35,336 nt of DNA from assembly GCA_043228905.1 (NCBI GenBank), contig JBHGNT010000317.1:1-35336 (forward strand), read 5' to 3'. This document shows positions 32,664-35,336 of this stretch, in pieces. How positions within the stretch are numbered: the first letter of the stretch is position 1; every line of letters starts with the position of its first letter. Origin of the DNA: Azolla caroliniana. Its lineage: Eukaryota; Plantae; Polypodiophyta. Below the pieces are notes generated by a model. That model saw nothing but the letters and a program-made list of their open reading frames with translations, had not been told where the DNA came from and searched no databases. Position numbers and translations under genes: made by a program.

Positions 32664-34298
32664 TTACGTTGTTCCAAAAGCTCCAGCTCTTGAAAATACT
32701 TCCTCATGGAACCTTATAGTCTGCAAAAGGAAAATTCTTATTAACTCCTTTCCCCAGCCTTTTTACTCTACAATATCCTCATCCATGATCTTGCTGGTTA
32801 CATTGCTTTCTTCTCACTATTTCTTACCTGTTTAAATAAAATCTGATGTGCACTAATAGAAACTGAAAAAGGTATCAAAAACCATTACCGCTGCTAATAT
32901 CTTCTCAGCAGACGCTTGAAGCTGAGATTTCTTGTTTTCCTTGTAAACCAGCTTGTCAGACAGAGCCTTTTTCAAATTGTTGGTCTGTTGATACGACAAA
33001 GTAGTTTTCAGCAAACACAAGTCTCAACTAACAAAAAGATATAAAAAAAGGAGATAGAGATATACTCGGTTATCTAATTCAATGATGACATGATGGCGTT
33101 CATCGTGGTCTACTTTACATTCCTCTTCTCTTCTTTTCATGGCTTCAAGATCCTGCGATGCAGCATTACTATGTTGCATCTGTTTTTCAGCATGTTCTTC
33201 CAGTCTCTTTGCTATAAAAAAGAGAAATTTTGACACCATAAACTTAAAGCATTTTAATATTGGAAATTTGGAAACATTTGTTCGTCTCATTGGCCATTAT
33301 AGTCTTTTAGAGACGTTAATATATCTTTCTTGGCAACAAACATATAGCCTTCAAGAATTGACCCATTTACCACTCCATTTCAGTTCATCTCTCTGCGCAT
33401 CAAGAGACCACTCTTCTTTTTCCATGGCCTTGAGCTTTGCCTTGCGTTCCTTTAGAACCTTTTCTGTGTTGCGGTCATTTACCTGTCATTCAATGGTATT
33501 ATCCTGTTAATGCAGCATTCTCTATACAGTTCGTGATTCCAATTCATTCCTAATCACATACCTGCTCTTCTAGTGACTGCAGTGCTTCTTGGAGTTTGAG
33601 TATCTTCTTTTCTGTCTGTTGAATTGAAAAAAAAGTCAGAATAGCTGCTCTTGCCATATTTAAGCAACCCTCTTTCAAAATCTAAAGCAATTAGACATCA
33701 TCTAAGCAAACTCGTAACCTAGTGGAAAGAGGGAGAGAGAGATAATGAACCTACCTTTGTAATGACCTCTGTTTTTGCTTTCCATCTCTCGAGATTTTCA
33801 TAAGCCTTCTTCATTAAATCTTCTTCTTCAGATAATGCAGCTTTCTTCTCTTCAAGTGTTTTCTACAAACAACGAAAGGCATTAATAATAACAGACATCT
33901 TCTTCAGCAAATGCCAATGCTGACAGCTCTGATGCTATTTCACCTGTAATTCCTGTGGATTTTCCACTATTTGTGACCGAATATTAGAACCTTCTTGCTG
34001 TTTTTGCATGATTTCAAAATCCACACTCGATATCTGTATCAGAGGGAGATTTTTCCTGATTCTTGATAAACATGGTAAAATGCTGATATTATCACCTGTA
34101 GATACCAAGAAAACAAACCTTGTCTACAATGCTAATATCTTCCTGTTTCAAATTATTGATGTCAGATTGCAATACACGTTGCTGCTTATTCAGGGTCTGG
34201 ATCAGATTGTTCAGCTCTTTTATTTCCAGCTCCAATGCCTCCATTTGTGGGCGTGCTGCCATCCCTTCTTTTTCAATTTGAGCAATATCATTTTCTAT
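32664..34298 (-). CDS. NUF2: Kinetochore protein NUF2 homolog, C-terminal coiled-coil half; exons 34298-34119, 34033-33944, 33862-33755, 33615-33562, 33482-33371, 33211-33066, 32984-32889, 32720-32664
   Basis: Eight phase-consistent GT-AG exons give an open frame: IQTLNKQQRVLQ, ISSVDFEIMQKQQEGSNIRSQIVENPQELQ/KTLEEKK, TEKKILK..EQ/VN, ending TIRFHEEVFSRAGAFGTT*. This matches plant NUF2 motifs recalled from memory (LNNQQMSL, ENANLRSQIVQSPDKLQ..LEEKK). The 5' exons were not identified. Confidence 0.85.
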
Positions 34299-35336
34299 CT
34301 AATAGTTACAACCAACCAAGAAAATCCAAGACCTTTTAATGAAATAGCCACCCACATCTTCATCAGTATGAAATATATGCCTTCCTTTCCAAGAATATGT
34401 AATGCACATAATTCAATCAAATCTTAACTCCTAAATATAACATGTATGACCACAAAAACACACATTCATTGAGGTAGACATGAGCACCATAAAACAGTCT
34501 CCTACTTTAGACAGTAGGAAGCTTAATTCATACGCTTAATTGTCAAATAATGAAATTTGTGAGGGAAAGAAACAATTGCACACTAGAAAACCCTTCCCAA
34601 CCACCCATCCCAGCATGTATCCATTGTCAGATTACAATCTAAGCTTTCATGGAGGATATCTAGCGTACACAATCCTCAGGCATCTAGTATCACACTCAGA
34701 TGATACAATAAAGCGTCCAATTTCACAATGGGCTAGGCCCCGTCTCATAGACCGCAATAGGTCTCCTGTGGACATTAAAAAGATATCTATATATCTTAAT
34801 AATTCAGCTTCACATAAATTTCCAAGAAACAGTTTCTTCCTGAAACCAATATGCTTACTAGAATCCAATCATCATCCTTCATGATATTTTGACTAACTGC
34901 ATAGTATTAGATTAGCCAAGACTACAAACAAGAAATTCATTCTAGAGCTTGCAGTTTCAAAGAAACTTCATAGAACAAGAGAACTAAAGGTTATATGGAT
35001 GAACAGATAACATGACACTATCAGACGCAGGAAAAATAGCAGAGAGTTTCATCTGATTACCACCCTGAATGTTCATTGGTTATGGATAATATTGTCTCAC
35101 AGTGCAAATAACTCAATACATGATCAGCACTATAGTTTTTCATCACTTCCTTTGCATATGACTGGTGCTATATGGTACTGCATACTGTGACAAAAATATT
35201 TCAGCAATGTACCCCTACAGTTTTTTTCCTTCTTCTTTCTATTCATTAAAAGCTTATTATGAATACACAAAAGACAAATCTCAGATCATTCTGGTTATAT
35301 TTTCTTATGCATTGTACGTAAGTGTTGTAAAGGTTT

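Noticed and set aside
34008-34427. 139-aa plus-strand ORF
   Set aside because: Antisense shadow of NUF2 coiled-coil exons.

Overview
Eukaryotic, TE-rich land-plant genomic DNA with GT-AG introns; there are no prokaryotic operons or CRISPR arrays. From left to right: (1) a decayed Ty1/copia retrotransposon whose protease/pre-integrase region is amplified as at least 3.5 near-identical 522-bp tandem copies; (2) a 5'-truncated LINE with RTE-X-like motifs; (3) a probable solo LTR; (4) a small single-exon basic-protein gene; (5) a fully intact 5,227-bp copia element with identical 241-bp LTRs, a CATAC target-site duplication (TSD) and TG...TA termini, inserted into a dead partial duplicate of the NUF2 3' end whose empty site is visible 18 kb away; (6) an internal LINE fragment; (7) two hAT-type MITEs; (8) a four-exon RDR2-like RNA-dependent RNA polymerase pseudogene; (9) a Ty3/gypsy remnant; (10) an open 207-codon fragment with ParB/sulfiredoxin-like motifs, bounded by templated junctions; and (11) eight 3' exons of a NUF2 kinetochore gene on the minus strand. 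All family calls come from motif recognition by eye; no searches were run.
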